From contig CAVVTZ010000013.1 of the NCBI GenBank assembly GCA_963751275.1, positions 1-55,177 on the forward strand: a DNA stretch of 55,177 bases. The letters are read 5' to 3'. The DNA comes from an uncultured Gemmatimonadaceae bacterium (GTDB lineage: Bacteria > Gemmatimonadota > Gemmatimonadetes > Gemmatimonadales > Gemmatimonadaceae). Every line of letters begins with the position of its first letter. Within the stretch, counting starts at the first letter, position 1. Made by a program: the position numbers and the translations under genes. The notes under the pieces are model-generated. The model had not been told where the DNA came from. It saw nothing but the letters and a program-made list of their open reading frames with translations, and made no database searches. Below are positions 31,484 through 42,717 of the stretch, piece by piece.

Positions 31484-31636
31484 CTACGCCGTGATCCGTC
31501 TTCCGGTGAAGAGATTGTAGACGATGGCGATCAGCGCGAGGACGAGCAGCAGATGGATCAGGCCGCCGCCCACGTGGACGACGAAGAAACCGAGCGCCCA
31601 GAGGACGATGAGTACGACCGCGATGGTGTAGAGCAT
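31484..31636 (-). CDS. 50-aa lmo0937-family small membrane protein (not in the ORF track)
   Basis: MLYTIAVVLIVLWALGFFVVHVGGGLIHLLLVLALIAIVYNLFTGRRITA; AGGAG SD. Confidence 0.85.
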   Translation of the reverse strand: MLYTIAVVLIVLWALGFFVVHVGGGLIHLLLVLALIAIVYNLFTGRRITA

Positions 31637-31663
31637 TGGATCTCCTGTGTGGATGGTTGGACC

Positions 31664-33104
31664 CTACTTCACGACCCGTTTCACCGTCTGCCCCGCCTGC
31701 AGGGTCGTGCCCTTCTGCAACCCATTGATCAACGCGATCTCCTCGATCGAAACACTCGACGGGTACTGCGAGTTGAACTGCTCGAGCGTCATCGCCTTGG
31801 GAACGGTCTCCAGACGGAGCCGCATCGGTTTCACGTTCAACGCATTCGCATCGGTGAGCTTGTCGAAGCTCGACGACGCGCTGGTGAACTGCGGCTCGTA
31901 GCCGGCGAACTTGTCGGTGAGGCTGTAGCCGAGCACCTGATAGGTGTTGCCGCCGTACTCGATGAACGTCGCAAGCCCCTTGATCGCGGCCTGCCCCGAC
32001 GTCGTCGCGGTGAATCCGCCTTGCAGCGCGGCGAGACCGTGCACGTTGCCGCTCGAGGCGGAGCCCGCCTGCGCCACGCCCTGCGACGCGAAGAACGCCT
32101 TGGACGCAGCCGCCGAATTCCCCGGCACGATGCGCAGCTCGATCATCGCATCCTGGTCCTTACTGGCCGCGATCACCGCGTCCGCCGAGTTCTGCGTCAT
32201 CCAGCCCGACGGGAATTGGAACTGGAACTTGAGATCGGGCTGCAGGAAGTTGGTCCCCTCGAAATAGCCTTGGCGCGGATCCGCGCCATAGACCATGCCG
32301 TCGATCAGCTTGAGATACGCACTCTGTCCAACGGTCTTGTCATCGAGATTGACGGTGTTCTTGGCCAGCATGTTCTGCACATCCGCGATGCGATTATCGG
32401 GATTCGGATGCGTCGATTGCCACTCCGGGAGGCGCCCGGCGCCGCTCAGCGTCTCCAGTCCATTGAGCATTCTGGAACATCGGCACCATCTGCCGCACGT
32501 CGTAGCCATCGGCCAGCGCATACTTGAAGCCGAGCTGGTCCGCCTGCGTCTCGTCATCGCGGCTGTACTTGAGGAAGAGCAGCTGCATGCCGGCGCTCGC
32601 GACCTGTCCGTACTTCTGGATCTCGGGCGAGAGCGCCATGCCCACCGCGAGGCCGAGTGACGCGACCTCCTGCTGGCTCATCTGCTGCACGCTGTGCTTG
32701 GCCGCCACGTGGCCGCTCTCGTGGCCGAGCACGGTCGCGAGCTGGGCCTGGTTCGTCATGTGGGTGAGCATCCCCCGCGTGACGAAGATGTATCCCCCCG
32801 GCAGCGCGAAGGCGTTCACGGCCGGATCGTCCACCACTTGGTATTGCCACGGGAGATCGGGCCGCGGCGTCTGCTTCGCGAGCGAGAGCCCGAGCTTCGA
32901 GACGTACGCCTGCACGCCGGCATCGTTGTACAGGCCGATCGTGCGCACGACATCCGCGGCGCCCTGTTTGCCCATCGCGATCTCATCCGACTCCGAGACC
33001 AGCGAGAGTTCGTTCTTGCCCGAGACGGGATTCACCGCGCAGGCCGCGGCGAGCAGGACGATACTGAGGCGGCCGGCAGCCGCGAAGCGTGGCGCGCGAT
33101 GCAT
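31664..33104 (-). CDS. M48 (BepA/YfgC-like) zinc metalloprotease lipoprotein with C-terminal LysM-like domain; frameshift near 32470
   Basis: VNAFALPGG, HESGH, YSRDDETQAD, STHP; IALINGL...AGQTVK. Confidence 0.9.
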
Positions 33105-33107
33105 TGG

Positions 33108-33326
33108 TCAGCTCCGCTTGGCCATTGCGCCGGCGCCCACCAGCACCACGCCGCCCACGATCCCGGCGATCCCCACCCACTGCGGGATCCCGTGTGACTC
33201 GGTGTCGGTGAGCTTGACGTCGCCCACGTGAGCGACTTCGTTCGTGGTCTTGTAATGCATGCCGCGGAACGTGATGACCGCTCCGAGGACGATGAGAATG
33301 ACGCCGGCGATGAGAGTGGAGCGCAT
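33108..33326 (-). CDS. Small two-TM membrane protein
   Basis: 72-aa ORF, two hydrophobic helices, IPQWVG. Confidence 0.7.
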   Translation of the reverse strand: MRSTLIAGVILIVLGAVITFRGMHYKTTNEVAHVGDVKLTDTESHGIPQWVGIAGIVGGVVLVGAGAMAKRS

Positions 33327-33577
33327 GGTGCCCCCGCGGAAGATGGATGCGACGGACGCGCGACTGACGCGCGCGGGATGGACTGATCGATTCTGTCGGG
33401 TCTCTCGGCGCTGCCGCTGATGCCGGTGCGAGGCTCTTCAGCCCTCCACCAACTCGCGCGACGCCGCGGGGGAAGCCGAACTCCGGCTCCCAGACTGTAG
33501 TGATAGTTAGGCTAATTCCATCCAAAGCACAAGAGCGGTTCTTCCGACTCCCAAGTCGGAGAACGTCGGACAGCCGG

Positions 33578-33982
33578 TCAATGCGCGGCTTCGAACTTCG
33601 CGATCTGGCCCTCTCCGTCGAGCAGCGTGAGCACCGTGCCGCTGACCTTGAAGCGCGTCGTCTTCTTGAGCGCGACCAGGAACGCCTTCTCCTCATCCTT
33701 GAACTGCGGCGGACAGGGGTTGTCCGTGCCGGTGAAGGCGCTGATCCGCACGCCGGTCGTCCCGCTCCGCGCGTAGCCGCCGCCCAGCGCGTTGCACCCG
33801 CTGTGTCCCGACACCACGTGCCCCCCCGCCGGCGTGAGCGTGAGCCACGCCACGTACTGCGCGGAGTCCGTCACCACCGCCCCGCCTCCGCGCAGATCCA
33901 CGAGCATCCACTTGGTGTGCTCGAGCGTCTTCGCCTGCACCGTTGCCGCCAGCACGAACGCGATCGACAAGAACAGCTTCAT
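33578..33982 (-). CDS. META/HslJ domain protein
   Basis: Signal peptide; LEHTKWML, SGHSGCN, second Cys, E..FL.AL. Confidence 0.85.
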   Translation of the reverse strand: MKLFLSIAFVLAATVQAKTLEHTKWMLVDLRGGGAVVTDSAQYVAWLTLTPAGGHVVSGHSGCNALGGGYARSGTTGVRISAFTGTDNPCPPQFKDEEKAFLVALKKTTRFKVSGTVLTLLDGEGQIAKFEAAH

Positions 33983-34076
33983 CTCCCCCCTCCGGGTTCC
34001 CAGGTTCCGCGGCACGTTTTCACTGCTCCGGTGTCTTAAACCCCCGGAGCAGCCTTCTAGAGTCCAAGTCTATAGT

Positions 34077-34352
34077 CTAAGTCTGCGTTTTCTCGTCTTT
34101 CACTACCACAATGGTGAATCGCACCGCCAGCGCCGCGATGGCGCCCACCGCGACCCACACCGGCATCAACATCGCGCCCACCACGCCCACGGTCAACGGG
34201 ATCTCGAGCAGGGTATGACCGTCCTCCGCCTTGATGATGATCCGCCGCGCGTTCCCTTCGCGCACGATCTCCTTGATCCGCGCGACGAGATCCTCGCCGT
34301 TGATCCGGTGCTCTTCGGTGCGCGTCTTGCCGCTCGTGTCAGGTGCCGTCAT
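34077..34352 (-). CDS. DUF4342-like protein
   Basis: IKEIVREGNARRIII..LLEIPLTVG. Confidence 0.8.
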   Translation of the reverse strand: MTAPDTSGKTRTEEHRINGEDLVARIKEIVREGNARRIIIKAEDGHTLLEIPLTVGVVGAMLMPVWVAVGAIAALAVRFTIVVVKDEKTQT

Positions 34353-34458
34353 GGGAATGCTCCGGTCGCAAGGTCAAGTTCGTGCTAACAGCTGAAGATA
34401 TGTACGAGGCGATTCGGCGAAAGTTGCGCTGAGACACGCGAAGCGGGAGAATTCACGG

Positions 34459-35094
34459 ATGCGGTGGTTGGTTCGATCCCTGTCGGTCACGATCTTCCTC
34501 GCCCACGCGGCGGCCCAATCGGCCGCGGCGCAGGACGCCGGCCTTCCCGGAGGCTGGGTCGTGCGCCCGTCCGCGCTCGTCAATGTGGATGAGCGCATCC
34601 GCCAGTATGCGCGTGCCGTCAGCGCCACCGAGCCGCCGCAGCGCGCCGCCTTCTGGGACGCCGCGTACCCGGCGACCGCCGCCGAGTACGACTCGGTGGC
34701 CGGCAACGCGCTGCTGCTCGTCTCGGCGATCGCGCACGATTCGGTGAATTTCCCCGTGTCGTCCATCTATCTGCAGTCCAACGGGCGGCTGTACGAGCTG
34801 CAAATGGTCCGTTCCGTGCTGTCACGCCGGAAGAAGAATGACGAGATCGCGCGCGCCTACGGCCACTATCGCGAGGACGTGATCTGCTTGCTGCCCATGG
34901 TGATCAATCGCGATGGCGCGCGCATCGTGGTCATGTTCAACGGCGAGGGCACCGCGGCCGCGGGCGCGATGAGCGGCGCCCTGCCCGCGCCGGTGGCGGC
35001 CTTGCTCAAGGCGACTCCGACGCGCACTGTTCCGAGCATGCAGGCGCTCGCCGACATGATCGCGCGGGAGTATCCCGGCCTGCTGGACGAATGA
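34459..35094 (+). CDS. Secreted hypothetical protein
   Basis: Signal peptide ending AAAQ; intact 211-aa ORF. Confidence 0.65.
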   Translation: MRWLVRSLSVTIFLAHAAAQSAAAQDAGLPGGWVVRPSALVNVDERIRQYARAVSATEPPQRAAFWDAAYPATAAEYDSVAGNALLLVSAIAHDSVNFPVSSIYLQSNGRLYELQMVRSVLSRRKKNDEIARAYGHYREDVICLLPMVINRDGARIVVMFNGEGTAAAGAMSGALPAPVAALLKATPTRTVPSMQALADMIAREYPGLLDE

Positions 35095-35133
35095 GCTGAA
35101 CCGGCTCATCACACGTCACCAGCGGAGACACAC

Positions 35134-35398
35134 ATGACAGGATTTGCCATCAGCATCACGGGCCTCATCTCGGATGCTCCTGATCGGCGCCCTCGTCGGC
35201 TTCCTCGCGGGCAAGATCATGAAAGGGAGCGGATTCGGTGCGCTCGGCAATATCGTCGTCGGCATCGTCGGGTCGATCCTTGGCGGGTTCGTCTTCGGGC
35301 TGCTCGGCATTTACTCCGGCAGCCTGATCGGAAGCCTGATCATGTCCGTCATTGGCGCCTGCCTGCTGCTCTGGATCGTCGGGATGATCAAGAAATGA
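35134..35398 (+). CDS. GlsB/YeaQ/YmgE family membrane protein; frameshift near start
   Basis: LIGALVGFLAGKIMKGSGFG..GNIVVGIVGSILGG. Confidence 0.88.
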
Positions 35399-35408
35399 CC
35401 GCGCGCGC

Positions 35409-35894
35409 ATGACGACGAAGGATCCGGCGCGCGAACTGCTGCGCCACACGCTGGCGACCCTCGCGTACCGCGCGGCGAAACCGCTGCGCGGTGCGCCGCC
35501 GGAATTCGCGGGCTTCCGCCCCAGCCCCTCGAGCCGCACCGCCGGCGAGATCCTCGCGCACATGGGCGATCTCATGGACTGGGCGCTGCATCTCGCGCAT
35601 GGCCACCATGTGTGGAACGAGGCGCCGGTGCAGGCCTGGGACAAGGATTGCAAACGCTTCTTCGACGCGATGGCGGCGCTCGACGCGATGCTCGCGGGAC
35701 CGGCGCCGCTGGGGCGGACGCCGGAGGTATTGTTCCAGGGCCCGATCGCGGATGCGTTGCAGCACACGGGACAGCTCACCTATCTGCGGAGATTGTCGGG
35801 CGCGCCGATCAAGGGCGAGAGTTATGCGCGCGCGGAGATCGTGGCGGGGAGAGTGGGGGCGGAACAGGCGAAGGCGAAAGCGGAGTTCGACTGA
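35409..35894 (+). CDS. DinB-like four-helix-bundle protein
   Basis: EILAHM..., DALQHTGQL. Confidence 0.75.
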   Translation: MTTKDPARELLRHTLATLAYRAAKPLRGAPPEFAGFRPSPSSRTAGEILAHMGDLMDWALHLAHGHHVWNEAPVQAWDKDCKRFFDAMAALDAMLAGPAPLGRTPEVLFQGPIADALQHTGQLTYLRRLSGAPIKGESYARAEIVAGRVGAEQAKAKAEFD

Positions 35895-35915
35895 GAGCAC
35901 ATGCGGGCGGCTTGC

Positions 35916-36095
35916 ATGAAGTCACCAGTCAACAGTGATCCAGTCTACGACAGTCATCAGTCGTCGGTCGTCAGTCATCAGCAAACTGTCCAGCGCGCGA
36001 TCCAGCATCGCGGCCCGTTGGATGGATGGCTGATGACTGATGACCGACGACTGGTGACTGCAGTGTACTGGATCACTGTTGACTTTTGACTTCAT
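35916..36095. repeat. Family A-related long palindrome
   Basis: atgaagtcaccagtcaacagtgatccagt ... actggatcactgttgacttttgacttcat; internal CAGTCAT/CAGTCGT heptamers. Confidence 0.88.
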
Positions 36096-36101
36096 ATCGA
36101 C

Positions 36102-37072
36102 ATGCGCGCAATCCAAGTATCGAAACTCGGCGGCCCCGAAGTCCTCGAGCCGGTCGAACGTCCCCCGCCCCACCCCCAAACCCGATGAAGCCCTGATCGA
36201 GCTGAAAGCGATCGGCGTGAACTTCATCGACGTCTATTTCCGCGAAGGGCGCTATCCGGCGAAACTCCCCTTCATTCCGGGGCAGGAAGCTTCCGGCATC
36301 GTGGTGGAAGTCGGAGCGGAGGCGAAGGGCGTGCAAGCCCGGCGACCGTGTCGCGTTCACCGGCGCGTTCGGATCGTACGCACAGTTCCAGGCCGTTCCG
36401 GCGAATGCATTGATCACGATCCCAAACAGCGTCCACTTCCGCCAAGCGGCGGCCGTGATGCTCCAGGGCATGACCGCGCACTATCTCTCGCACGACAGCT
36501 ACCCGATCCAGCGCGGCGACACGGTGCTCATTCACGCCGCCGCGGGCGGCGTCGGGCTGCTCCTGGTCCAAATGGCGAAACAGCTCGGCGCGACGGTCAT
36601 CGCCGCGGCGGGCACCGCCGAGAAGGCCGAGCTGGCACGCGAGGCGGGCGCGGATCACACGATCATCTACGCGTCGCAGGATTTCGAGGCGGAAACGAAA
36701 CGCCTCACGGGCGGCCGCGGCGTGAACGCCGTGTACAATGGCGTCGGCAAGGACACCTTCGACCGGGATCTCAATGTCCTGCGCCCGCGCGGGATGCTCG
36801 TGCTGTACGGCGGCTCGAGCGGCGCCGTGCCGCCCTTCGATCCGATGATCCTGTCGCGCAAAGGCTCGCTCTCACTCACCCGTCCCACGCTCGCGCATTT
36901 CATCGCCACGCGCGAGGAACTCGAGCGGCGCGCCGGCGACGTACTCGGCGCGGTCGCGAATGGCGCACTGACATTGCGCCTCAAGCACGACTATCCGCTC
37001 GACGCCGCCGCGCAGGCGCATCGCGATCTCGAAGCGCGCCGCACCACGGGCAAGGTCCTGCTCATTCCCTAG
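36102..37072 (+). CDS. qor: NADPH:quinone oxidoreductase (zeta-crystallin MDR); frameshift near 36340
   Basis: GGPEVL, GVNFID, LQGMTAHYL, HAAAGGVG, RRTTGKVLL. Confidence 0.92.
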
Positions 37073-39726
37073 CCGTTCCGCATCACGCCCACCGGATCCG
37101 CGCGGCTCGCGCGGCGCGCCGGCAGCCAGGTGGCCACGAGCGCGGTGATCACGAGCAGCGCCGGCACCAGGGTGAAGGTCAGCGGATCCAGCGCGCCCAC
37201 GCCGTACAGCAGCGCGCTCACGGCGCGCGTGGCGGTCACCGCGGCCGCCAGGCCCACGGCGATGCCGATGCCCACCACTCGCAGTCCGCGCCGCACGACG
37301 AGCCACTGCACCTGCCCCGCGCGCGCGCCGAGCGCAACGCGAATGCCCATCTCGCGCGCGCGATCGGCCGCGAGTTGCGCCATGACGCCGTAGACGCCCA
37401 CCACCGCGAGCGCGAGCCCGACGCCGGCGAAGACGAGCAGCATCGTCGCGAGGAATCGCTGCTGCGCCACCGACGCCGCGCCGACCTCGTTCATGGTGCG
37501 CAGGCTCGCGATCGCGAGATCGGGATCCATCGCATGCACCGCGCTTCGCATGGCCGGCGCCAGCGCCATCGGGTCGCCGGCGGCGCGCACGATCAATGTC
37601 GCCGACCCCTGCGTCTCCTGCGCGAAGGGAGCGAGGAACTCCTCGCGCGGCTCGGCGGCCAGCCCGGCCTGCCGCTCACTCCCCACCACGCCCACGATCG
37701 TGCGCCAGGTGGAGTGCGCATCGGGCACGCGGTCGAAGCAGACGCGCACGCCGATCGGATCGCGATCCTTGAAGTAGCGGCGCGCGAGCGCCTCGTTGAT
37801 CAACAGCACCAGGGGCGCGTCCTTCCGGTCCTGCGCGGTCAGCAGCCGCCCGCGCAGGAGCTTCACGCGCATGACGCGCTGATAGTCGGGCGAGATCTCG
37901 CGGTGCACCACGTTGGATCCGAACCGCTCGCCGCCCGTTCCCTCCACCGAGAAGTCGCTGGACCACGGCGGGCTCGTGAGCGGCAGCTGCGTCGCGTACG
38001 CCGCGCCCTCCACGCCGGGCAGCGCGCGCATGCGCTCGCTCAAGCCATCCATGAACGCGATCACCTTTCGCGCGCTGTCATAGCGAATGCCGGGGAAATC
38101 GATCTGCGCGGTGAGGATTCCGGCGGACTCGAATCCCGGATCCACCGCATTCAGCTTCCACAGGCTGCGCACGAACAGTCCCGCGCCCACGGTGAGCAGC
38201 AGCGCGAACGCCACCTCGCCCGCCACGAGCACGTTCCCCCAGCGGCGGATCCGTCCTCCCGCGCTGCCGCCGCGTCCGCCCTCCTTCATCGCGTCCGCCG
38301 GCATTCGCCGCGCGTTCCACAATGCCGGCGCGATGCCGAAGAGCGCGCCGCTCATCGCGCTGATCGCGACGACGTACGCGAGAACGCTCCAGCTCATCCC
38401 GACATCACTCACGGGCAGGAGGCCCGCGGGCCGCAGCGCGAGCAATGCGCCCGTCGCCCACCATCCGAGCGCCAATCCCGCCGCACCGCCCAGCGCGGAG
38501 AGCACGAAACTCTCGGCCAGCGCCTGCCGGATGATCCGCCCGCGCCCCGCGCCGAGTGCCAGGCGCACCGCCATCTCGCGGTCGCGGCTCGCGGCATGGG
38601 CGAGCAGCAGGTTCCCCACGTTCGCGCACGCGATGAGCAGCAGCAGCGCCACCGCGCCCAGCAGCACCATGAGCGGCCGCCGCGTGGCGCCGATGAGCGC
38701 CTCGTGCAGCGGCGTCATCCCGGCGCCCATCTTCGCGTTCGTCGCGGGATATTCCTGCTGCAATTGCGCGACCACCGTCTGCAGCGACGCGTTCGCCGCA
38801 TCGGCGCTCACGCCGGGCTTGAGGCGCGCGACGACGGTGACGAAATGCGCGCGGCGGAACCAGACCTGCGCGCGATCGGACTTGTCCCACATCACCGGCC
38901 GCCACACATCCACGTCGAGGCCCGGATAGGCGAAGTTCGCGGGCAGCACGCCGACGATCGTATTCGGCCGACCATTGAGCATGATCGTCGTGCCCACGAT
39001 CTCCGGCCGCCCGCCGAACCGCGTACGCCACGCGCGATCGCTGATCACGGCGACGATCGGCCCATTGCCCCATGTCTCATCGTCGGTGAAGGTGCGCCCG
39101 AGCGCGGGGTGGATGCCCAGCACGCGGAAGAAATTCCCCGTCACCGCGCCGGACCGCAGGAGCTGCGGCGGGCCGTCGCCGGTGAGCGTCGCCATCGGTG
39201 TGAAATCCTGATAGGCCGCGGCGTCCTGGAAGGCGGTCACGCGCTCGCGCCAGTCGAGGAAATTCGCGGGTGCGGCCTCCGCCTGCCGCCAATGGTATTC
39301 CTCGTTGTCCTCACCGACCCGCACGAGGCGGTCGGCGTCGGCGAAGGGGAGCGGGCGCAGGATCACGGCGCTCACGGCGGAGAAGATCGCGGTGTTCGCG
39401 CCGATTCCCAGCGCGAGCGTGATGATCGCCGTGGCCGCGAGCACCGGGGCGCGACCGAGTGCGCGCAGGGCGTAGCGGCTGTCGCCGATGAGATCCTCGA
39501 GCCAGCGCGCGCCGCGGCCGTCGCGGTGTTCCTCTTTCATCGCTTCGATGCCGCCGAAGGCGACGCGCGCGCGGCGGCGCGCCTCGTCGGGAGCGATGCC
39601 GAGTTTGATATTCTTCTCGGTCTCGAGCTCGATGTGCGTGCGGATCTCTGCGTCCAGATCGCCGTCGGCGCGCGGTTTGTTCACGATCGCGACCAGGCGC
39701 TTCCAGAATCCCTTGATGGCGTCCAT
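37069..39726 (-). CDS. ADOP-type duplicated ABC permease (885 aa, intact)
   Basis: EARRRARVAFGG, LALGIGANTAIFS, IACANVGNL, EMGIRVALGA. Confidence 0.95.
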   Translation of the reverse strand: MDAIKGFWKRLVAIVNKPRADGDLDAEIRTHIELETEKNIKLGIAPDEARRRARVAFGGIEAMKEEHRDGRGARWLEDLIGDSRYALRALGRAPVLAATAIITLALGIGANTAIFSAVSAVILRPLPFADADRLVRVGEDNEEYHWRQAEAAPANFLDWRERVTAFQDAAAYQDFTPMATLTGDGPPQLLRSGAVTGNFFRVLGIHPALGRTFTDDETWGNGPIVAVISDRAWRTRFGGRPEIVGTTIMLNGRPNTIVGVLPANFAYPGLDVDVWRPVMWDKSDRAQVWFRRAHFVTVVARLKPGVSADAANASLQTVVAQLQQEYPATNAKMGAGMTPLHEALIGATRRPLMVLLGAVALLLLIACANVGNLLLAHAASRDREMAVRLALGAGRGRIIRQALAESFVLSALGGAAGLALGWWATGALLALRPAGLLPVSDVGMSWSVLAYVVAISAMSGALFGIAPALWNARRMPADAMKEGGRGGSAGGRIRRWGNVLVAGEVAFALLLTVGAGLFVRSLWKLNAVDPGFESAGILTAQIDFPGIRYDSARKVIAFMDGLSERMRALPGVEGAAYATQLPLTSPPWSSDFSVEGTGGERFGSNVVHREISPDYQRVMRVKLLRGRLLTAQDRKDAPLVLLINEALARRYFKDRDPIGVRVCFDRVPDAHSTWRTIVGVVGSERQAGLAAEPREEFLAPFAQETQGSATLIVRAAGDPMALAPAMRSAVHAMDPDLAIASLRTMNEVGAASVAQQRFLATMLLVFAGVGLALAVVGVYGVMAQLAADRAREMGIRVALGARAGQVQWLVVRRGLRVVGIGIAVGLAAAVTATRAVSALLYGVGALDPLTFTLVPALLVITALVATWLPARRASRADPVGVMRNG

Positions 39727-39729
39727 GGG

Positions 39730-40062
39730 TCAGGCGGTGCCGAGGATATGATCGACCGCGAGCACGTAGCGCCGCCAATTCTCCGTCTCGGCGCCCACGG
39801 CGCGTTTGCCGGAGGCGGTGAGGCGGTAGTATTTCGCGCGGCGATTGTTCTCGGTGGTGCGCCAATCGGAATCGATCCAGCCGCGCTGTTCGAGGCGCTG
39901 GAGGGCGGGATAGAGGGAGCCCTGATTCACGTCGAGCACGCCGCGCGAGGTTTGCTGGATGCGTTGGCTGATGCCCCAGCCGTGCATGGGTTCCAGGGTC
40001 AGCGTTTTCAGCACCAGGAGATCGAGGGTGCCGCGGAGGACATCGGAGGGAATGGGGGGCAT
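39730..40062 (-). CDS. PadR-family regulator (acidobacterial subfamily)
   Basis: GTLDLLVL, HGWGI, QGSLYPALQRLE, ENNRRAKYY. Confidence 0.95.
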   Translation of the reverse strand: MPPIPSDVLRGTLDLLVLKTLTLEPMHGWGISQRIQQTSRGVLDVNQGSLYPALQRLEQRGWIDSDWRTTENNRRAKYYRLTASGKRAVGAETENWRRYVLAVDHILGTA

Positions 40063-40078
40063 AGGTCTTCTGTTGGGG

Positions 40079-40116
40079 TTCGACAGAAGGGTAGGTCATC
40101 TTCTGTCGGAAGGCAA
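40079..40116 (-). promoter_or_regulatory. padR promoter with overlapping inverted repeat
   Basis: TTGCCT-N17-TACCCT; CGACAGAAG...CTTCTGTCG inverted repeat. Confidence 0.6.
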
Positions 40117-40153
40117 GAGGAGGCCACTGCGAACGACTGGCACCTGCCGGCTT

Positions 40154-40339
40154 AGGGTTGCAGCTAACAGCAAACAGTCACGAGTACCTGCCAGTCTACA
40201 GTCAACAGTCAACAGCTCACAGAAGACTGTCCCGTATGCCGGGAGCCTTCCCAGCACAGGGGACAGTTTTCTGTGAGCTGTTGACTGTTGACTGTAGACT
40301 GGCGGTCACTCGTGACTGTTTGCTGTTAGCTGCAACCCT
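40154..40339. repeat. Family A full REPIN-like palindrome (~186 bp)
   Basis: agggttgcagctaacagcaaacagtcacgagt...actcgtgactgtttgctgttagctgcaaccct; near-perfect fold-back. Confidence 0.92.
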
Positions 40340-40423
40340 CCCTCGCTGGTGATGCCGTTCGGATCGCTGGCCCCCCGCCGAGCCAGAGAATAGACTCATA
40401 TTACCCACTCCCACCCGGACCCC

Positions 40424-42664
40424 ATGCGCCTGTCCCCACTCGCCCTCCTCGCGCTCACCGCCGCCCTCGGAGCGCAAACTCCACTCACCACCCAACGCAT
40501 CTTCGCGAGCCGGGAATTCGCACCCCAACGCGCCCCCCAAACGCGCTGGCTCGATGATTCGACCTTCACCGCCCTCGAACCCTCCCCCGCGGGCGCCGGC
40601 GAGGATCTCGTCCGCATCGCCGCCGCCACCGGCGCCAAGACCACTCTCGTCACCGCCGCCCAACTCACCCCGGCCCCCGGCGCCCCGCCGCTCGCGGTGG
40701 AAGATTACGATTGGTCCCCCGATCACACGAAACTCCTGATCTTCACCAACAGCGCCCGCGTCTGGCGCGCAGAATACCCGCGGCGATTTCTGGGTCCTCG
40801 ATCTCGCGAACCATCACCTCCTCCAGCTCGGCGGCACCGCCGCGCTCGAGCGGCCGTCCACGATGCAGTTCGCGAAATTCTCCCCCGACGGCAAGCGCGT
40901 GGGCTACGTGTGGGAGCACAATCTGTACGTCGAGAATGTCGACGACGCCCGCATCACCCCGCTCACCGCCGACGGCTCCGTCACCACGATCAATGGCACC
41001 TTCGATTGGGTGTACGAGGAAGAACTCGGCCTGCAGGACGGATTCCGCTGGAGCCCCGACGGCACGCACATCGCGTATTGGCAGCTCGATGCCACCGGCG
41101 TCCGCGATTTCCTCCTGATCAACAACACCGATTCGCTCTACTCGTTCGTGAAGCCCATTCAATATCCCAAGGCGGGCACCACGAATTCCGCCGCGCGGCT
41201 GGGCGTCGTCAGCGCGTCGGGCGGGCCCACCACGTGGCTCCAGATCCCCGGCGATCCGCGCAATAATTATCTCGCGCGCATGGATTGGGCGGCGAACTCG
41301 AGCGAGATCGCGGTGCAGCAGCTCAATCGCCGGCAGAATGTGAACACCCTCTGGTTCGCGACCGCCGCCACCGGCGCCGTGCGCTCGGTGATCGTCGAGC
41401 GCGACAGCGCGTGGATCGACATCTCGGTCGCCCGCGATGACGCCGCTCTCCTGGTTCAACAACGGCAAGTCGTTCGTGTGGCTCAGCGAGCGCGACGGCT
41501 GGCAGCATGCCTACACCGTGGGGCGCGACGGCGCGATGAAGCTCATCACGAGAGGCGCGTACGATGTGATGGGCATCGAATACATCGACACCGCCGGGGG
41601 TTGGCTCTATTTCTACGCCTCGCCGTCGAACGCCACGCAGCGCTTCCTCTGGCGCGCGCGGCTCGACGGCACCGGTGAGGCGCAGCGGCTCACTCCCGCC
41701 GATGAACGCGGGTATCACGGCTACAACATCGGTCCCAACGCCAAATGGGCGATCCATACGTGGAGCTCGTGGGGCGTGCCGCCCAAGGTCGAGCTCGTGC
41801 GGCTCCCCTCGCACAAGACCGCGCGCGTGCTCGTCTCGAACGACGCGCTCGCCGCGAAGCTCGCGGGCGTCGTGAAGGGCCCGCAGGAATTCTTCCAGGT
41901 GGACATCGGCAACGGCGTGAAGCTCGATGCGTACATGATGAAACCGCCCGGCTTCGATCCGGCGAAGAAATACCCGATCGTCTATTTCATCTACGGCGAG
42001 CCCGCCAGCCAAACGGTGCTCGACGCGTACGGCGGCCCACGCTGGCTCTGGCATCTCATGCTCACGCAGCAAGGCTACATCGTCGCCAGCGTGGACAATC
42101 GCGGCAGCCCCGCGCCAAAGGGGCGCGCGTGGCGGAAGGCGGTGCTGAATCAGATCGGCGGATTGCGCGTGCGCGAGCAATCGGCCGCCGCGCGCATCAT
42201 CGGCCGCATGCCCGGCGTCGATTCCACGCGCATCGGCGTCTGGGGCTGGAGCGGCGGCGGATCGTCCACCCTGCTCCTCATGTTCCGCGCGCCCGAATGT
42301 GTACAAGGTCGGCATGGCCGTCGCGCCGGTGTCGGATGTGCACGATTACGACACGATCTATCAGGAGCGCTACGTAGGACTGCCCGGCCCCGATTCCGCG
42401 GCGTATTACGACGCGTCAGCCGTGAATTTCGCGAGCGGGCTGAAGGGGGACTTGCTCGTGGTGCACGGATCGGGCGATGACAATGTGCATTTCCAGGGCA
42501 CGGAGCAGTTGATCAATGCACTCGTCGCCGCGGGGAAGCCGTTCCAGATGATGGAATATCCGAATCGGACGCATGGGATATACGAAGGAGCGGGGACGAC
42601 GGTGCATTTGTTCAATTTGTTGACGAGTTATCTTGAGCAGCATTTGCCGGCGGGTCCTAAGTAG
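40424..42664 (+). CDS. S9B dipeptidyl-peptidase IV family peptidase; several frameshifts
   Basis: NGTFDWVYEEE, YPKAGTTN, GWSGGG nucleophile, DDNVH, THGI. Confidence 0.93.
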
Positions 42665-42717
42665 CGAACTGCGCACTGATGTCGCCGCCGTTGACACCCG
42701 CGCGCACGTCTCCGTAG

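Noticed and set aside
36079..40155. 1358-aa plus-strand ORF and other long Arg/Ala-rich ORFs (e.g. 29627..32527 tail, 46741..48639, 43478..45448)
   Set aside because: Antisense or off-frame shadows of real genes in high-GC DNA; no motifs
40154..40339. Small ORFs within palindromic elements (e.g. 40158..40352, 35901..36089, 45906..46091)
   Set aside because: Translations of heptamer repeats (STVNSQ/LTVDC); no SD or coding signal
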